This document shows, in pieces, positions 34,376 to 44,523 of a stretch of DNA of 64,000 bases; the first letter of the stretch is position 1, and each line of letters starts with the position of its first letter. The stretch spans positions 83,806 through 147,805 of the forward strand of contig CAZJVE010000001.1 of the NCBI GenBank assembly GCA_964549685.1, in the 5' to 3' direction. This stretch comes from an uncultured archaeon (GTDB lineage Archaea; Altiarchaeota; Altiarchaeia; IMC4; QMZM01). A program made the position numbers and the translations under genes. Under the pieces are notes generated by a model. That model worked only from the letters and a program-made list of their open reading frames with translations, ran no database searches and was not told the DNA's origin.

Positions 34376-36631
34376 ATGAGACTTCTCAACCTGGAGCTTG
34401 AGAACTGGGCGTGCCACGCAACACTTGATGTCGACCTATCGGCAGGGCTGCAGATAGAGGGCAGGAACGGCGTTGGAAAGAGCAGCATCCTAGAGGCGAT
34501 AAGGTTTGTATTTGCAAAGGATGCCAGAAGGTACAAGGGAAAGATTAAGAACGGTAAGAAGGCTGCAACGGTAAGACTGGAATTCAGAAGGGATGAAACC
34601 TCCTACCGGGTTGAGAAGAGTCTGCATCTGAATAAGAACTCTACAGCGAGCCTGGTCATGAACGGAAACCTTGTCGCTGATAATCCCACCTCCGTCTACA
34701 ATTCATTGCAGGACTGCCTGGACGAGAGGATTTTCGACAGGCTGCTTTATGTTGCGCAGGGCGGTCTGACGGAGCTGGTTGACACCCTGAGTCTGAAGGG
34801 GGGCAGGCAGGAGCTTGATTCTTTGCTGGGGCTGGACAAGTTCGACCTTGTTTATGATGGAGTCGGAAAGGAATTCATAGAGAGAAAGGCAAGATACGAA
34901 AACTATCATGAAGAATTCAGGAGGTATCCAGAGAGCCTGGAGGAAAGCTCCGGGAAGGAGATGAAGGTCCTGACTCTGGAGATGGATAGGATAAAGAGAA
35001 GGGGGGAGGATGAGGAAAGGCGGCTGAATGAACTGTCAGGAAAAATCCAGAAACTTGAGAGCGATATTGAGAATATGCAAAAGACAAGAAAGAATAGAGA
35101 GGAGCTGAACGAGGGGGTGAACGAACTGAGGGTTAAGATAACTGGACAGGAGAGCGAGATTTCCGGCCTGGAGAAGGACCTTGAGCGGATTGAAGAAAAG
35201 AGGAAAAAGACTGCTGTGCTTCTCGATAAAGAGAAGGGGCTTGAGAAATATGAGAGGATAAGGGAGCTTCTGTCGGAATTGAAGAGCAAAGAGGACGGGC
35301 TCGTTGACAGGAAGGGGATAGAAAAGGACAAGGATAAACTTGAGAACCTGAGGGAGACCCTGGTGAAGAAGAGGGAGATTCAGGAGAGGCTCAGGAATTC
35401 AGAGGAGCGGGTAATGGCGCTGGAGAGGGCCCTTGCAGCCTGCAGGCAGAAGGGGAAGGAGATTGGGGACTATCTCAAGGGCCTGGAGAGTCTGGACATG
35501 GCGGCGAAATGCCCCAGGTGTGGCAGGCCATTGACCGAGAAGCACCTTGCGATAGAGAAGAAGGTCGCCAGGGAGGAGGTTAGGAGGGCGTATATCGAAA
35601 TTAAAGCAGTTGAAAAGGAGCTTGAACGGGACTCCAAAACCAGAGACGAGGTGGAGAAAAGGTTCGAGCTCATGAAGAAGAATGATGTAGAGGCGGAGTG
35701 CCTTGACAAGGATTTGTCTGCCAGGGAGAGGGAGAACAGGGAGATTCTCGACAGGATTGATAAGCTAAAGAGGAAGCTGGAGGATTCCGGTTACTCGGGA
35801 GAGAGTCAGGGCGATGTTGAATCGAGGATTGCGGAACTGAACAGCATCAGGGGCGAGATAAAGGCCCTGAAGAAGGAGATTGAAAAGGGCAAGGGATACG
35901 GGAAGAAGCTGAAGGATATTGAGAGAGAGAATAAAAGGTTCAAGAACGACCTGGAAAAGGCGGAGAAGGAATTCACTGGCCTTATATTCAACAACGACGT
36001 TTTCAATTCAATGCAAAAGGATAGGAATTCCCTAAATGACGACAGGTATAAGCTGAAGGGTGAGATGGAAAGGGGCGGGTTCAGGATTAAGGAGATTGAA
36101 GGAAAGGTTGATGAGATAGATAAGGTAATGGGGAACTTCACCGGGCTCAAGGACAGGATGGGGAAGGCCGGGAGAGAGATGAATCTCTTCAGGCAGGCAA
36201 GGGACGAGGTCTTCCACCCGAACAAGGGCATAAGGAGGTACTACAGGGAGCTCTACATGAAGAGGCTGAGTAACCTCCTTACCTACTACTTCAGGCAGAT
36301 AAACCAGAACCCCAGGTACAGGGAGATTATGTTTGACAAGGATTATCGAATTTTGATAAGGAGCAACGAGGGGGAATTTGAGATAGAGCAGCTGTCCGGA
36401 GGGGAGAGGGTTCAGCTTGCCCTTGCCCTGCGGATTTCGCTGATAGAGCTGCTGTCGCCGGTAAGGATGATGGTTCTTGATGAGCCCTTCGGCAGCCTGG
36501 ACAGGGAGCACAGAGAGATTCTGGGTGAGGCCCTGAACAGGATAGCGAGTGACGGCCAGCTGATTCTGGTTACTCACGTTCATGTGGAATCTCTAAACCT
36601 ACCTAAGAAGCTGGAGCTGGGGGGGTATTAG
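34376..36631 (+). CDS. Rad50/SbcC-like SMC ATPase
   Basis: Walker A GRNGVGKSS, central hook CPRCG, LSGGE signature, Walker B LDEPF, coiled coils. Confidence 0.9.
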   Translation: MRLLNLELENWACHATLDVDLSAGLQIEGRNGVGKSSILEAIRFVFAKDARRYKGKIKNGKKAATVRLEFRRDETSYRVEKSLHLNKNSTASLVMNGNLVADNPTSVYNSLQDCLDERIFDRLLYVAQGGLTELVDTLSLKGGRQELDSLLGLDKFDLVYDGVGKEFIERKARYENYHEEFRRYPESLEESSGKEMKVLTLEMDRIKRRGEDEERRLNELSGKIQKLESDIENMQKTRKNREELNEGVNELRVKITGQESEISGLEKDLERIEEKRKKTAVLLDKEKGLEKYERIRELLSELKSKEDGLVDRKGIEKDKDKLENLRETLVKKREIQERLRNSEERVMALERALAACRQKGKEIGDYLKGLESLDMAAKCPRCGRPLTEKHLAIEKKVAREEVRRAYIEIKAVEKELERDSKTRDEVEKRFELMKKNDVEAECLDKDLSARERENREILDRIDKLKRKLEDSGYSGESQGDVESRIAELNSIRGEIKALKKEIEKGKGYGKKLKDIERENKRFKNDLEKAEKEFTGLIFNNDVFNSMQKDRNSLNDDRYKLKGEMERGGFRIKEIEGKVDEIDKVMGNFTGLKDRMGKAGREMNLFRQARDEVFHPNKGIRRYYRELYMKRLSNLLTYYFRQINQNPRYREIMFDKDYRILIRSNEGEFEIEQLSGGERVQLALALRISLIELLSPVRMMVLDEPFGSLDREHREILGEALNRIASDGQLILVTHVHVESLNLPKKLELGGY

Positions 36632-36654
36632 TGGTGGGGTCTTGGGAGGCATTA

Positions 36655-36927
36655 TTACCTTATCTCAAAGTTGGAGAATTCGCCGGTGGGTTCTTCCAGT
36701 TTGATATCGACTCCTGTTACGTCTGCAAAAGAGGGGCCCTTTCTGCACCACTCGATTGCTTCCCTGACCTTTGACTCGTCTCCCTCGAAGACCGCTTCGA
36801 CGTTTCCGTCGGGAGAATTCCTTACCCAGCCACCTAGGCCGAGCCCCGTTGCCATGTCCCTGGTGCTGGCTCTGAAGAAGACGCCTTGAACACTTCCTGA
36901 GATTCTGAGATGGGCTCGGGAGTTCAT
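36655..36927 (-). CDS. acyP: Acylphosphatase
   Basis: ISGSVQGVFFR...GWVRN; start corrected to MNSRAH. Confidence 0.95.
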   Translation of the reverse strand: MNSRAHLRISGSVQGVFFRASTRDMATGLGLGGWVRNSPDGNVEAVFEGDESKVREAIEWCRKGPSFADVTGVDIKLEEPTGEFSNFEIR

Positions 36928-37967
36928 TCTTTGATGATGTGCTGAGCATCTATATGGACCTTGTCGAGGTGTTTCTTTGCTGCCTGCAGGCATTTCTCTG
37001 CAAGCTCTTTTGAGGTTGGCGGCATGTCCTCCATGAAGAGGCCCGGCGTATATGCAAGAAGGGTGTAGGGAATGTCCGGGTTTATTTCTGCTATAAATTT
37101 CGCTATCCTCTCGACCTCTATGGCATCGATATAGCCCGAAATCAGAGGGGTTATTGCGGTCAGCACCGGCTCTTTTCTTTCGGTGAATAATTTGTCTGCA
37201 ACGAGTTTGAAGTTCGTGTAGGTTTGTTCGTCATATATGCCGCATAGGGCCTTGTTTATGTTTGGATTGAAGGCATTGAAGTCCATCTTCATGATTCCTC
37301 CGCTTTCAAGGGAGATTTTAGCCGCCTTCAGCATCAGGTCCTCGTCTCCGTTGCCGTTGGACTCCCAGCATATCCTTATGTCTTTTCTCTCCTTCATTAT
37401 CTCCTCCGATGCCTTGATGGCAAAGAGGAGCTGCGGCTCCGGGCTACCTCCGAAAAAGGAGATGCATCTGATTTCCTTGTTATTAACGACCTGGGACACA
37501 AAGTCGTCCAGCGTTATCTTCGGTGCCTTATCAATCTCCTTGTGGGCCTGGTTCTGGCAGAACAGACAGTCCAGGTTGCAGCCATACAGAAAAACCGCGA
37601 GATTCTTTCCCTGCTCCTTGTTTCCTGAACAGAACCAGGAGGCACAGCAGTTTGCAGGCAATGGGTTGAGGTAGAGCTGGGCCAGGGCGTACTCTGTGTC
37701 AGGGATAATGCTGCCTCCGGAATTCCTCCTTACGCCGCAGTAGCCGGTCTCTCCCTCGGACAGGACGCATTTGTTTGAGCATACCTTGCACCGGATTCCC
37801 CCCTCGCTCCTTGGCGGCTTCTCGGGGAGGTTGAATTCTGTCCTTGCTCTCCTGTGCGCCTCATCCATATAGGGGAATGTCTCGGTCGGAATTCCCCTGA
37901 GACAGCCTAGGCAGACTCCCAGTATCTTCGTTACCTCCTTTTCTTCCCCGCAGAGTTTACATCTCAT
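36924..37967 (-). CDS. Radical SAM protein (PFL-activase-related family)
   Basis: GCNLDCLFCQN, FFGGSPEP, extra N-terminal Cys clusters. Confidence 0.88.
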   Translation of the reverse strand: MRCKLCGEEKEVTKILGVCLGCLRGIPTETFPYMDEAHRRARTEFNLPEKPPRSEGGIRCKVCSNKCVLSEGETGYCGVRRNSGGSIIPDTEYALAQLYLNPLPANCCASWFCSGNKEQGKNLAVFLYGCNLDCLFCQNQAHKEIDKAPKITLDDFVSQVVNNKEIRCISFFGGSPEPQLLFAIKASEEIMKERKDIRICWESNGNGDEDLMLKAAKISLESGGIMKMDFNAFNPNINKALCGIYDEQTYTNFKLVADKLFTERKEPVLTAITPLISGYIDAIEVERIAKFIAEINPDIPYTLLAYTPGLFMEDMPPTSKELAEKCLQAAKKHLDKVHIDAQHIIKE

Positions 37968-38041
37968 TTTGGTGGTTGAATATAAGAACGCCCCGGAGGG
38001 CAAGTATAATTATTGACAGTATTTATTAAAAGTCCAGATAT

Positions 38042-38458
38042 CTATCTCCTTCTGACGACCTCGAGCTCAAACCCTGCCTTCTTCGCCCCCTTCTGGAGAA
38101 ATTTGGACAGGTCCTTGGAATACAGCCCTGCAACCAGTATATTGTTGAAATACCTGAACTGGTACTTCTTCTGTTCTTCCGGCTTCGTGACCTCAAGAAT
38201 CTTGTGGACATAGAATGGGTGGGGGAATTCTACCCTGGCTGATTTACCGTATTCGCCCTCTCTGATGCTGATTGTTGCCCTGGGTTTTTTTGGGTCCCTG
38301 GGTTTTGCGGGCTTCTTGGCTGGTTTTGGTGCTGGCTTTGCTGCCGGCTTTTCTGTTTTCTTGGTTACCGTCTTTGCTGCCGGCTTTTTGGTTGGTTTTG
38401 GTGCTGGCTTTGCTGCATCCTTCGCCTTCCCGGCCGGTTTCTTTGCTTTTTCAGCCAT
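38042..38458 (-). CDS. Hypothetical protein with Lys/Pro/Ala-rich N-terminal tail
   Basis: KPAA/KPAP repeats over about 60 aa, then a globular domain; overlaps the apgM stop. Confidence 0.75.
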   Translation of the reverse strand: MAEKAKKPAGKAKDAAKPAPKPTKKPAAKTVTKKTEKPAAKPAPKPAKKPAKPRDPKKPRATISIREGEYGKSARVEFPHPFYVHKILEVTKPEEQKKYQFRYFNNILVAGLYSKDLSKFLQKGAKKAGFELEVVRRR

Positions 38459-39668
38459 TTTTATCCAGTAGCAGATTCATGAATTCCGTTCCGTTTCTGA
38501 GGCCATAGGAGCCCTTCTCAGCGGATTTTTCAGTAAAGCTCTCTACCGAATCCCCTTCCCTGGCCGTTGAATAGATTGCAAAGGGAACAGGGTCGGGGGT
38601 ATGAGTCTTTACACTCAGGGGAGTTGCATGGTCGGGGAGAATCCCGATTGTGAATTCCTTGCCCTTCATGCCATCGAGAATTCTCGCAAGGACTCTGATG
38701 TCGATGTTCTCAATCGCCTCTATCTTGTTGTCCAGCAAACCCTCATGGCCGGCTTCGTCGGGGGCTTCGATATGGATGCATACGAAGTCGTTCCTCTCCA
38801 GTGCCTCCATGGCATAGTCTGCCTTGCCCTCGTAGTTTGTGTCGAGGTATGCGGTCGCTCCGGGAACCTCAATGACCTCCATTCCGAGGGTTGCTGCAAT
38901 TCCCTTCAGGAGGTCAACCCCAGATATCAGGGCGCCCTTGAGGTTGAACATTTCATTGAAGGAGGGGACCTTCTTGTTCCTGCCCGCACCCCAGGGCCAT
39001 ATCAGGTTGGCAGGCAGTTTGCCGCCTCCCTCTCTCTTTTTGTTTATGGGATGATTCTGGAGAATTTCCCTGGATTTTTCAATTAGGCCATCTAGAATCC
39101 TTGCTGTGTCTTCTCCCTCGGCGGTCTTTGCCTTTGGAAGATTCTCACTAACAGAACAGTCATGGATGTCGTGGGGGGGTTTGCAGATTATCTCCTCAGA
39201 GTATTTCCCGGAGAGAACGATAATGTGCCTGTAGCCTCTGCCAGGGTAGAATTTTATGTCTGTAGTGCCTAACTCTTTGTCCAGCTCTTCTATCAGAACA
39301 CTCGCTTCCTCGTCACTTATGTGTCCGGCGCTGTAGTCCTTAATCATACCGTCAGTCTCATTAATCAGATTGAGCCTTATCGCTATCTCGCTGTTCTTCA
39401 GTTTGATTCCAAGGCTTCTGGCTTCCAGGGGGCCTCTTCCGCCGGGATAATAAACCTTTGGGTCATAGCCAAGGACTGCGAGGTTTGCAACGTCGCTCCC
39501 GGCTTCGAATCCTTCGGGTATTGTCTTCAGGAGGCCGCAGCGCCCGTTCTTTGCGATAAAATCCATTGCCTTGGTTTCTGCCTTCTCCAGAGGGGTTTTT
39601 CCTCCGAGCTGTTCCAGGGGATAGTCAGACATGCCATCCCCGACTACAATCATATATTTCATATCCAA
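38451..39668 (-). CDS. apgM: Cofactor-independent phosphoglycerate mutase (archaeal type)
   Basis: GDGMSD, GSDVANL, GRGPLEA, EAPDEAGH, PDHATP, HTPDPVP. Confidence 0.95.
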   Translation of the reverse strand: MDMKYMIVVGDGMSDYPLEQLGGKTPLEKAETKAMDFIAKNGRCGLLKTIPEGFEAGSDVANLAVLGYDPKVYYPGGRGPLEARSLGIKLKNSEIAIRLNLINETDGMIKDYSAGHISDEEASVLIEELDKELGTTDIKFYPGRGYRHIIVLSGKYSEEIICKPPHDIHDCSVSENLPKAKTAEGEDTARILDGLIEKSREILQNHPINKKREGGGKLPANLIWPWGAGRNKKVPSFNEMFNLKGALISGVDLLKGIAATLGMEVIEVPGATAYLDTNYEGKADYAMEALERNDFVCIHIEAPDEAGHEGLLDNKIEAIENIDIRVLARILDGMKGKEFTIGILPDHATPLSVKTHTPDPVPFAIYSTAREGDSVESFTEKSAEKGSYGLRNGTEFMNLLLDKNG

Positions 39669-39683
39669 TAGAATATATGATAT

Positions 39684-40145
39684 ATGCTTGAAAAATTAAC
39701 CGTCCGGGGCTTTGAGGAGGGGGACGAAAAAGGTATGGTGAAAATTCACAAGGACTCGGTTGAGAAGTTTGAGAACATGGACGTGGATGAGAACTTCATC
39801 ATGAGGCTCTTCCAGAGGTCTGACTTCCGGTTCTTCGTTGCAGATAATGGCGGGGGAATTGTCGGCTTTCTTGGAGCCGTCTTCTATAGCAGCGTGGGCA
39901 GAGCGGAGGTTGGCCCCGTATCAATTGCGGAGGGATATAGAAATTCAGGGGTTGGCTCAAGATTGCTCGATGACTGCGAGAATTTCCTCAGGACATTGAA
40001 CATAAGACGAATAACAGCCAAGGTCAAGTACGACAACAACGAGAGCATAAACTTCTTCAAGAAGCACGGCTTTGAGCAGGAGGCCGTTTTCAGAAGGTAC
40101 ACCAAAGACTGTAGGGACGTTGTTCAATTTGTGAAGTTTCTATAG
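39684..40145 (+). CDS. GNAT acetyltransferase
   Basis: YRNSGVGSRLL, NNESINFFKKHGF. Confidence 0.9.
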   Translation: MLEKLTVRGFEEGDEKGMVKIHKDSVEKFENMDVDENFIMRLFQRSDFRFFVADNGGGIVGFLGAVFYSSVGRAEVGPVSIAEGYRNSGVGSRLLDDCENFLRTLNIRRITAKVKYDNNESINFFKKHGFEQEAVFRRYTKDCRDVVQFVKFL

Positions 40146-40200
40146 TATAATATTCATATTTTTATAAAAATTCTCGTATTTATCTATTTTTAACCCGTAA

Positions 40201-42231
40201 ATGGCATATTATAGTATGCAGACAAAGATGGGTGGAGGGCGCTATTTCGCGATTCTTCTGGCGCTTCTCCTTTTGGTTTCGGCTGTTGCCGGAGTGCGCA
40301 TCAGCGACATAGATGTGGAGCCGAACGATTATGAGATTGATAAGGATGATGAGATTTCTGTTGATGTGGAATTCTCCGGAACGCCCTGTAATTCAAAGGT
40401 TCTATTCTTCCTGGACGATGTTCTGTTCAGCTCAAAGAATCTCAGGTGCGACGCCGATGATATAGAGTCCGATTCATGGGACCTTAAGGAGAGGGAGGTT
40501 GAGTGTGGCATCCATGAGATAAGGGTTGAGTTATTCAAGAGCGATGAAAAGATTCAGGCCGTCAACCAGACGATAAGGATAGGCAGGGTTCCGGAAATAA
40601 CCATAAGTCCTGAGAGGCCCCTTGTTGATAAGCAGATGGTTATAGAGTTCATAGAAGAGGACGGAACTCCTGCAAGAAATCTGGTTGTTGACATATACTG
40701 GGTAAAGGATGGTATTGGCTCTGCCGATGATTACGACATTGGAAGCGACGGGAAATTAAAATTCACGCCAAAGGAAAGCGGGGAGTACAGATTTACCATA
40801 GACGATTCGAATTACTGCGGAAGCGAGAGCTTCTATGCAAAGAAAACGCTGATTGTTGACGGTCCCGATCCATCTGAGCCAAAGGTTGGCGACCCAGTTA
40901 CTTTTGCGCTTTCAGGCCCAGTCGGGGCAAAGCTTGTCAAGAGCGATGGAGAAACGACTCCTCTTTACACGACAATAAGCGGTGGGGTCAACTTTACTGT
41001 CGATGAAGGGGGCACCTATACATTGGTTCTGGGGGAACTGAGTACCACATACTGGGGCGTTAACAGAACCGTAGTGATAGAAGATAAGGCAGCCATCTCA
41101 TTATTGATTGAACCCGAAACTCCAGTCATCGGAAAGAGTATTTCAGTGAATACCAGAGTCAATGGAGAGGCGCTTTCCGGCGTTGACATAGAGATAGAGG
41201 ACCAGACGGGTGATATAAAGACATACACTACCGACCTGAACGGGGTTATGAATTTCATCCCAAGCTCGATGGGCCTTCACAGAGTATATGCGAAGAAAAA
41301 GAGCTATAAGGAATCCGAAAAGGATTTCCGTGTTTATAACTCCTTGCATGTATTCTTTGAGCCGGCCAGCCCATCCCCTGGCCAGGAGGTTGCCCTGATA
41401 GTCAAAAACCAGCTCGGCTATCTGATTGATGGAGTAAATGTCTTTATTCCTGAGATTCCGGCCGGTGGAAAGACAGATAATAACGGCATGTTCAAATTCA
41501 CTCCAGCCAAGGTTGGCAGATACACGGTAACCCTGAACAAGGAGAGTTATTGGGATGTTGAAAAGGAGTTAAATATTTCTGGATTACTGGAATTGAGACT
41601 GGACAAAAATGTGATTGAGATTGGAGAATCTGTAACAATCCTTACGCTGGATGAAAACGGCAATCAGGTCTCTACTAGCATTAAGGTAAGAAAGCCGGAC
41701 GGTTCTGAGGAAGGCTTGAGTGGTATGATTTACACCCCTGGAGATATTGGTAAGTATCAGGTTTCTGCAGGAGGAGACGGTTATGTAATCTCTACCAAAG
41801 AGCTCACCGTGAATGCTCATCCTCTCGAAGTGAATACTGCAGTCGAGGGTGATGAGCTGGTCATAAAAACTGAGAGTACCTACGGCCCCGTGGCTGGTAT
41901 TACGCTTCTGCTGAAAACAGCAACCAATGACAAAACCCTTGTGACAGACGAGAACGGAATATCAAGAACCGAGCTTGAGGAAGGGGAGGTAAGAATCATA
42001 GCAAACACCATGAATGTTAACAGAGAATATGGCATTCAGGACGTAACTCAGGAGATAAAAAGGGAGCACAACTACGGCATGCTGGCCTTGTTCCTCATAG
42101 GCATAGTTATATTCACAGTGGTAGCGATATTCGTCTCCGGTTCAAAGGGAGACAGGGGCACTGGAACAAGAAAAAAGAACTCAATGCTTGAAGGTAGGAG
42201 CAAAGGCAAGAATAGTCTTTCCAGTCTATAA
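40201..42231 (+). CDS. Secreted, C-terminally anchored protein with tandem Ig-like/beta-sandwich repeats
   Basis: Signal peptide, repeated TDxNG/GxY.V.A.K.Y motifs, C-terminal TM plus basic tail. Confidence 0.8.
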   Translation: MAYYSMQTKMGGGRYFAILLALLLLVSAVAGVRISDIDVEPNDYEIDKDDEISVDVEFSGTPCNSKVLFFLDDVLFSSKNLRCDADDIESDSWDLKEREVECGIHEIRVELFKSDEKIQAVNQTIRIGRVPEITISPERPLVDKQMVIEFIEEDGTPARNLVVDIYWVKDGIGSADDYDIGSDGKLKFTPKESGEYRFTIDDSNYCGSESFYAKKTLIVDGPDPSEPKVGDPVTFALSGPVGAKLVKSDGETTPLYTTISGGVNFTVDEGGTYTLVLGELSTTYWGVNRTVVIEDKAAISLLIEPETPVIGKSISVNTRVNGEALSGVDIEIEDQTGDIKTYTTDLNGVMNFIPSSMGLHRVYAKKKSYKESEKDFRVYNSLHVFFEPASPSPGQEVALIVKNQLGYLIDGVNVFIPEIPAGGKTDNNGMFKFTPAKVGRYTVTLNKESYWDVEKELNISGLLELRLDKNVIEIGESVTILTLDENGNQVSTSIKVRKPDGSEEGLSGMIYTPGDIGKYQVSAGGDGYVISTKELTVNAHPLEVNTAVEGDELVIKTESTYGPVAGITLLLKTATNDKTLVTDENGISRTELEEGEVRIIANTMNVNREYGIQDVTQEIKREHNYGMLALFLIGIVIFTVVAIFVSGSKGDRGTGTRKKNSMLEGRSKGKNSLSSL

Positions 42232-42302
42232 TCATTGCGTCCGCTTTATATATTACTAAATTTAATTCTATTAGTATTGTATTTTGAGGTGATGTTACTA
42301 AA

Positions 42303-44468
42303 ATGAGATCAAGAATATCCGCAATTATTATTGCTATGTTGTTGTTTGGAACTTTGTTTTTTACCGTTGGAATGGCTTTTGCAAAGACTGATGTTAAGGG
42401 AATTGATGTCACGTTATCTAAAAACTCAAGCTATAAGGGTGATGATGATCTTGACATTGATGTTGGTGATAAATTCTATGTCCATATACTGCTGGAGGAG
42501 CCGGAGGAGGATGAAAGCGATCTGGACATTGATGTCGAGATAGAAATAAATGGCGTCAAGGTCTACGATGATGATGAGAAGGGTGTTGACCTGATAGAGG
42601 GTGAAGAGTATTACATAGTCATAGGTTCAAATAGATTCGAGGACGAGTGGGAAGATAATCAGATGGATTACACGTGCGGTAAGGAAAATGTGGAGGTGAC
42701 AATCTCAGGTGATGTCAACAAGGAAACTGACGATGATGCGGAGATTGACATAGACGGCGAAGATTTGGATGTTGAGATTGGCCCGGATGATCCCACCGCA
42801 GAAGACAAGATTACCATTACTGTCACGGATGACGATGATGATGAGGTGGAGGATGTTAAGGTTAAATTCACCCATCTGGGAGACGATGATAAATGGGATA
42901 AGGATGATGAATCGTGGGAAGATGAAACCGATAATGATGGTGAGGTCGAGGTTGAGCTCTCGGAAGAGAGCGAATTTGATGACGATCCCTATGGAAAGTA
43001 CCAGATAGATGTCTGGGAGAAGAACGGCGATTTCTGCAAGGAAATCAGAACCATAGATTTAAAGCGCACCCTTACTATCAAGGAGATAACTCCCTCCAAG
43101 CCCGTTGCTGGCAGTGCTATAAGGGTTAAGATTACCGATGGGAGCGACGACGGGGTTTCCGGGGCTAGGGCAACTGTAAGCTCAAGTGGCTTCCATCAGA
43201 CCTATACTACGGATTCTGGCGGCTTTGTCTCTTTTACTCTAAACGATGAGGGCAACTATGTTTTGATTGCTTCAAAGAGCGGATACAGCAATAGCCAAAG
43301 CAGAACTCTGGCCGTTTCGTCTAAGGAGGGTATAAGGATAAACATAAATCCGAAGGAACAGGAGCTGAACAAGGCGGTTGAGATAACAGTTATGGACGAG
43401 AATGGCAAGGCGCTTACCAATGCAGAGGTCATAATAACAAAGCCCGACGGTACAATCGAGCCGGCAATGACGGTTCCGTCAAGCGGGAGGATAAGCTATG
43501 TGCCACGGCTCGTGGGAACCTACAGTATAAGGGCCGATGCAGATAAGTATGAAACAACGACCAGCAATTTCAAGGCGCAGAGGGCATTCAGCATAATCGT
43601 CCCGGACGTGCTTGAGGTCAACAAGGACATAACAGTAATACTCAGCGATTCTGCCGGTAATGCAGTCGAAGGCGCAGTAGTTTCTGTGGGTGGTACGAGC
43701 GTTTCTGGAAAGACCGACTCGGGAGGGAGATTTGCATTCAAGCTCTCTGAGCCGAAGGAGTATACGCTCACCATAAGCAAAGAGGGTTATGCCACTCTGA
43801 GCAGAAAGGTAAGTACTCTCGGGAGGTTAAAGATTACTCTTGATTCGAACGAGATAGGACTTGGAGATTCCGTAAGTATAAGCATAGTCGATGGGCAGGG
43901 CAATGTGGTATCTGCAGGTATAGAGATAACAAAGCCGGACGGGACAAAAGAGGTGATATCGGGTGATTCCTACACACCATCGGTTTCCGGAAATCACGGC
44001 GTAACCGCCATCAAGAATGACTATGAATCCGACACAGAAAATCTGATGGTAAGGCCTGCGCCACTGACACTGGAATCAAGAATAAGGGACAATACGCTGA
44101 TAGTCAGCGTTTCAAGTAAAGGAGATGCGCTTTCGAACATAAAAGTGGACGTTGGAACTCCCTCCTGGGTGAAGGAGATTGTAACAGATGCTACAGGAAC
44201 GGCCACTCTTTATCTAACGAATCTGGAGCTAAGCAGCGATATAACGGTAAGTGTGGACAAGGAAGGCTATGAGAGGAAAGAGGTAATCCAGGAGATTCCG
44301 AGGTTCGACCTTGCCAACTACTCGATACCAGTGATATTCGGCCTTATAATAGTGATAACTATAGTGATAATCCTGATTGCCAGCAGCAGTGTCGGAAAAG
44401 GGAAGAGAAAGAGGAAGAAGGATAGCCCAACAAAGACGAAGACAGGGTCCAGCCTTGACAAGGTCTGA
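42303..44468 (+). CDS. Paralogous secreted Ig-like repeat protein with very acidic N-terminal domains
   Basis: Signal peptide, D/E-rich first about 250 aa, TDSGG/ITKPDG repeats, C-terminal TM plus basic tail. Confidence 0.8.
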   Translation: MRSRISAIIIAMLLFGTLFFTVGMAFAKTDVKGIDVTLSKNSSYKGDDDLDIDVGDKFYVHILLEEPEEDESDLDIDVEIEINGVKVYDDDEKGVDLIEGEEYYIVIGSNRFEDEWEDNQMDYTCGKENVEVTISGDVNKETDDDAEIDIDGEDLDVEIGPDDPTAEDKITITVTDDDDDEVEDVKVKFTHLGDDDKWDKDDESWEDETDNDGEVEVELSEESEFDDDPYGKYQIDVWEKNGDFCKEIRTIDLKRTLTIKEITPSKPVAGSAIRVKITDGSDDGVSGARATVSSSGFHQTYTTDSGGFVSFTLNDEGNYVLIASKSGYSNSQSRTLAVSSKEGIRININPKEQELNKAVEITVMDENGKALTNAEVIITKPDGTIEPAMTVPSSGRISYVPRLVGTYSIRADADKYETTTSNFKAQRAFSIIVPDVLEVNKDITVILSDSAGNAVEGAVVSVGGTSVSGKTDSGGRFAFKLSEPKEYTLTISKEGYATLSRKVSTLGRLKITLDSNEIGLGDSVSISIVDGQGNVVSAGIEITKPDGTKEVISGDSYTPSVSGNHGVTAIKNDYESDTENLMVRPAPLTLESRIRDNTLIVSVSSKGDALSNIKVDVGTPSWVKEIVTDATGTATLYLTNLELSSDITVSVDKEGYERKEVIQEIPRFDLANYSIPVIFGLIIVITIVIILIASSSVGKGKRKRKKDSPTKTKTGSSLDKV

Positions 44469-44476
44469 TTCCCTAT

Positions 44477-44510
44477 TCTTTTTTTTATCTTTTATCTTGT
44501 CTTTTTCTTA
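44477..44510 (+). terminator. Putative oligo-T archaeal terminator
   Basis: Long T tracts right after the stop of 42303..44468. Confidence 0.45.
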
Positions 44511-44523
44511 TCTTAATACTAGC

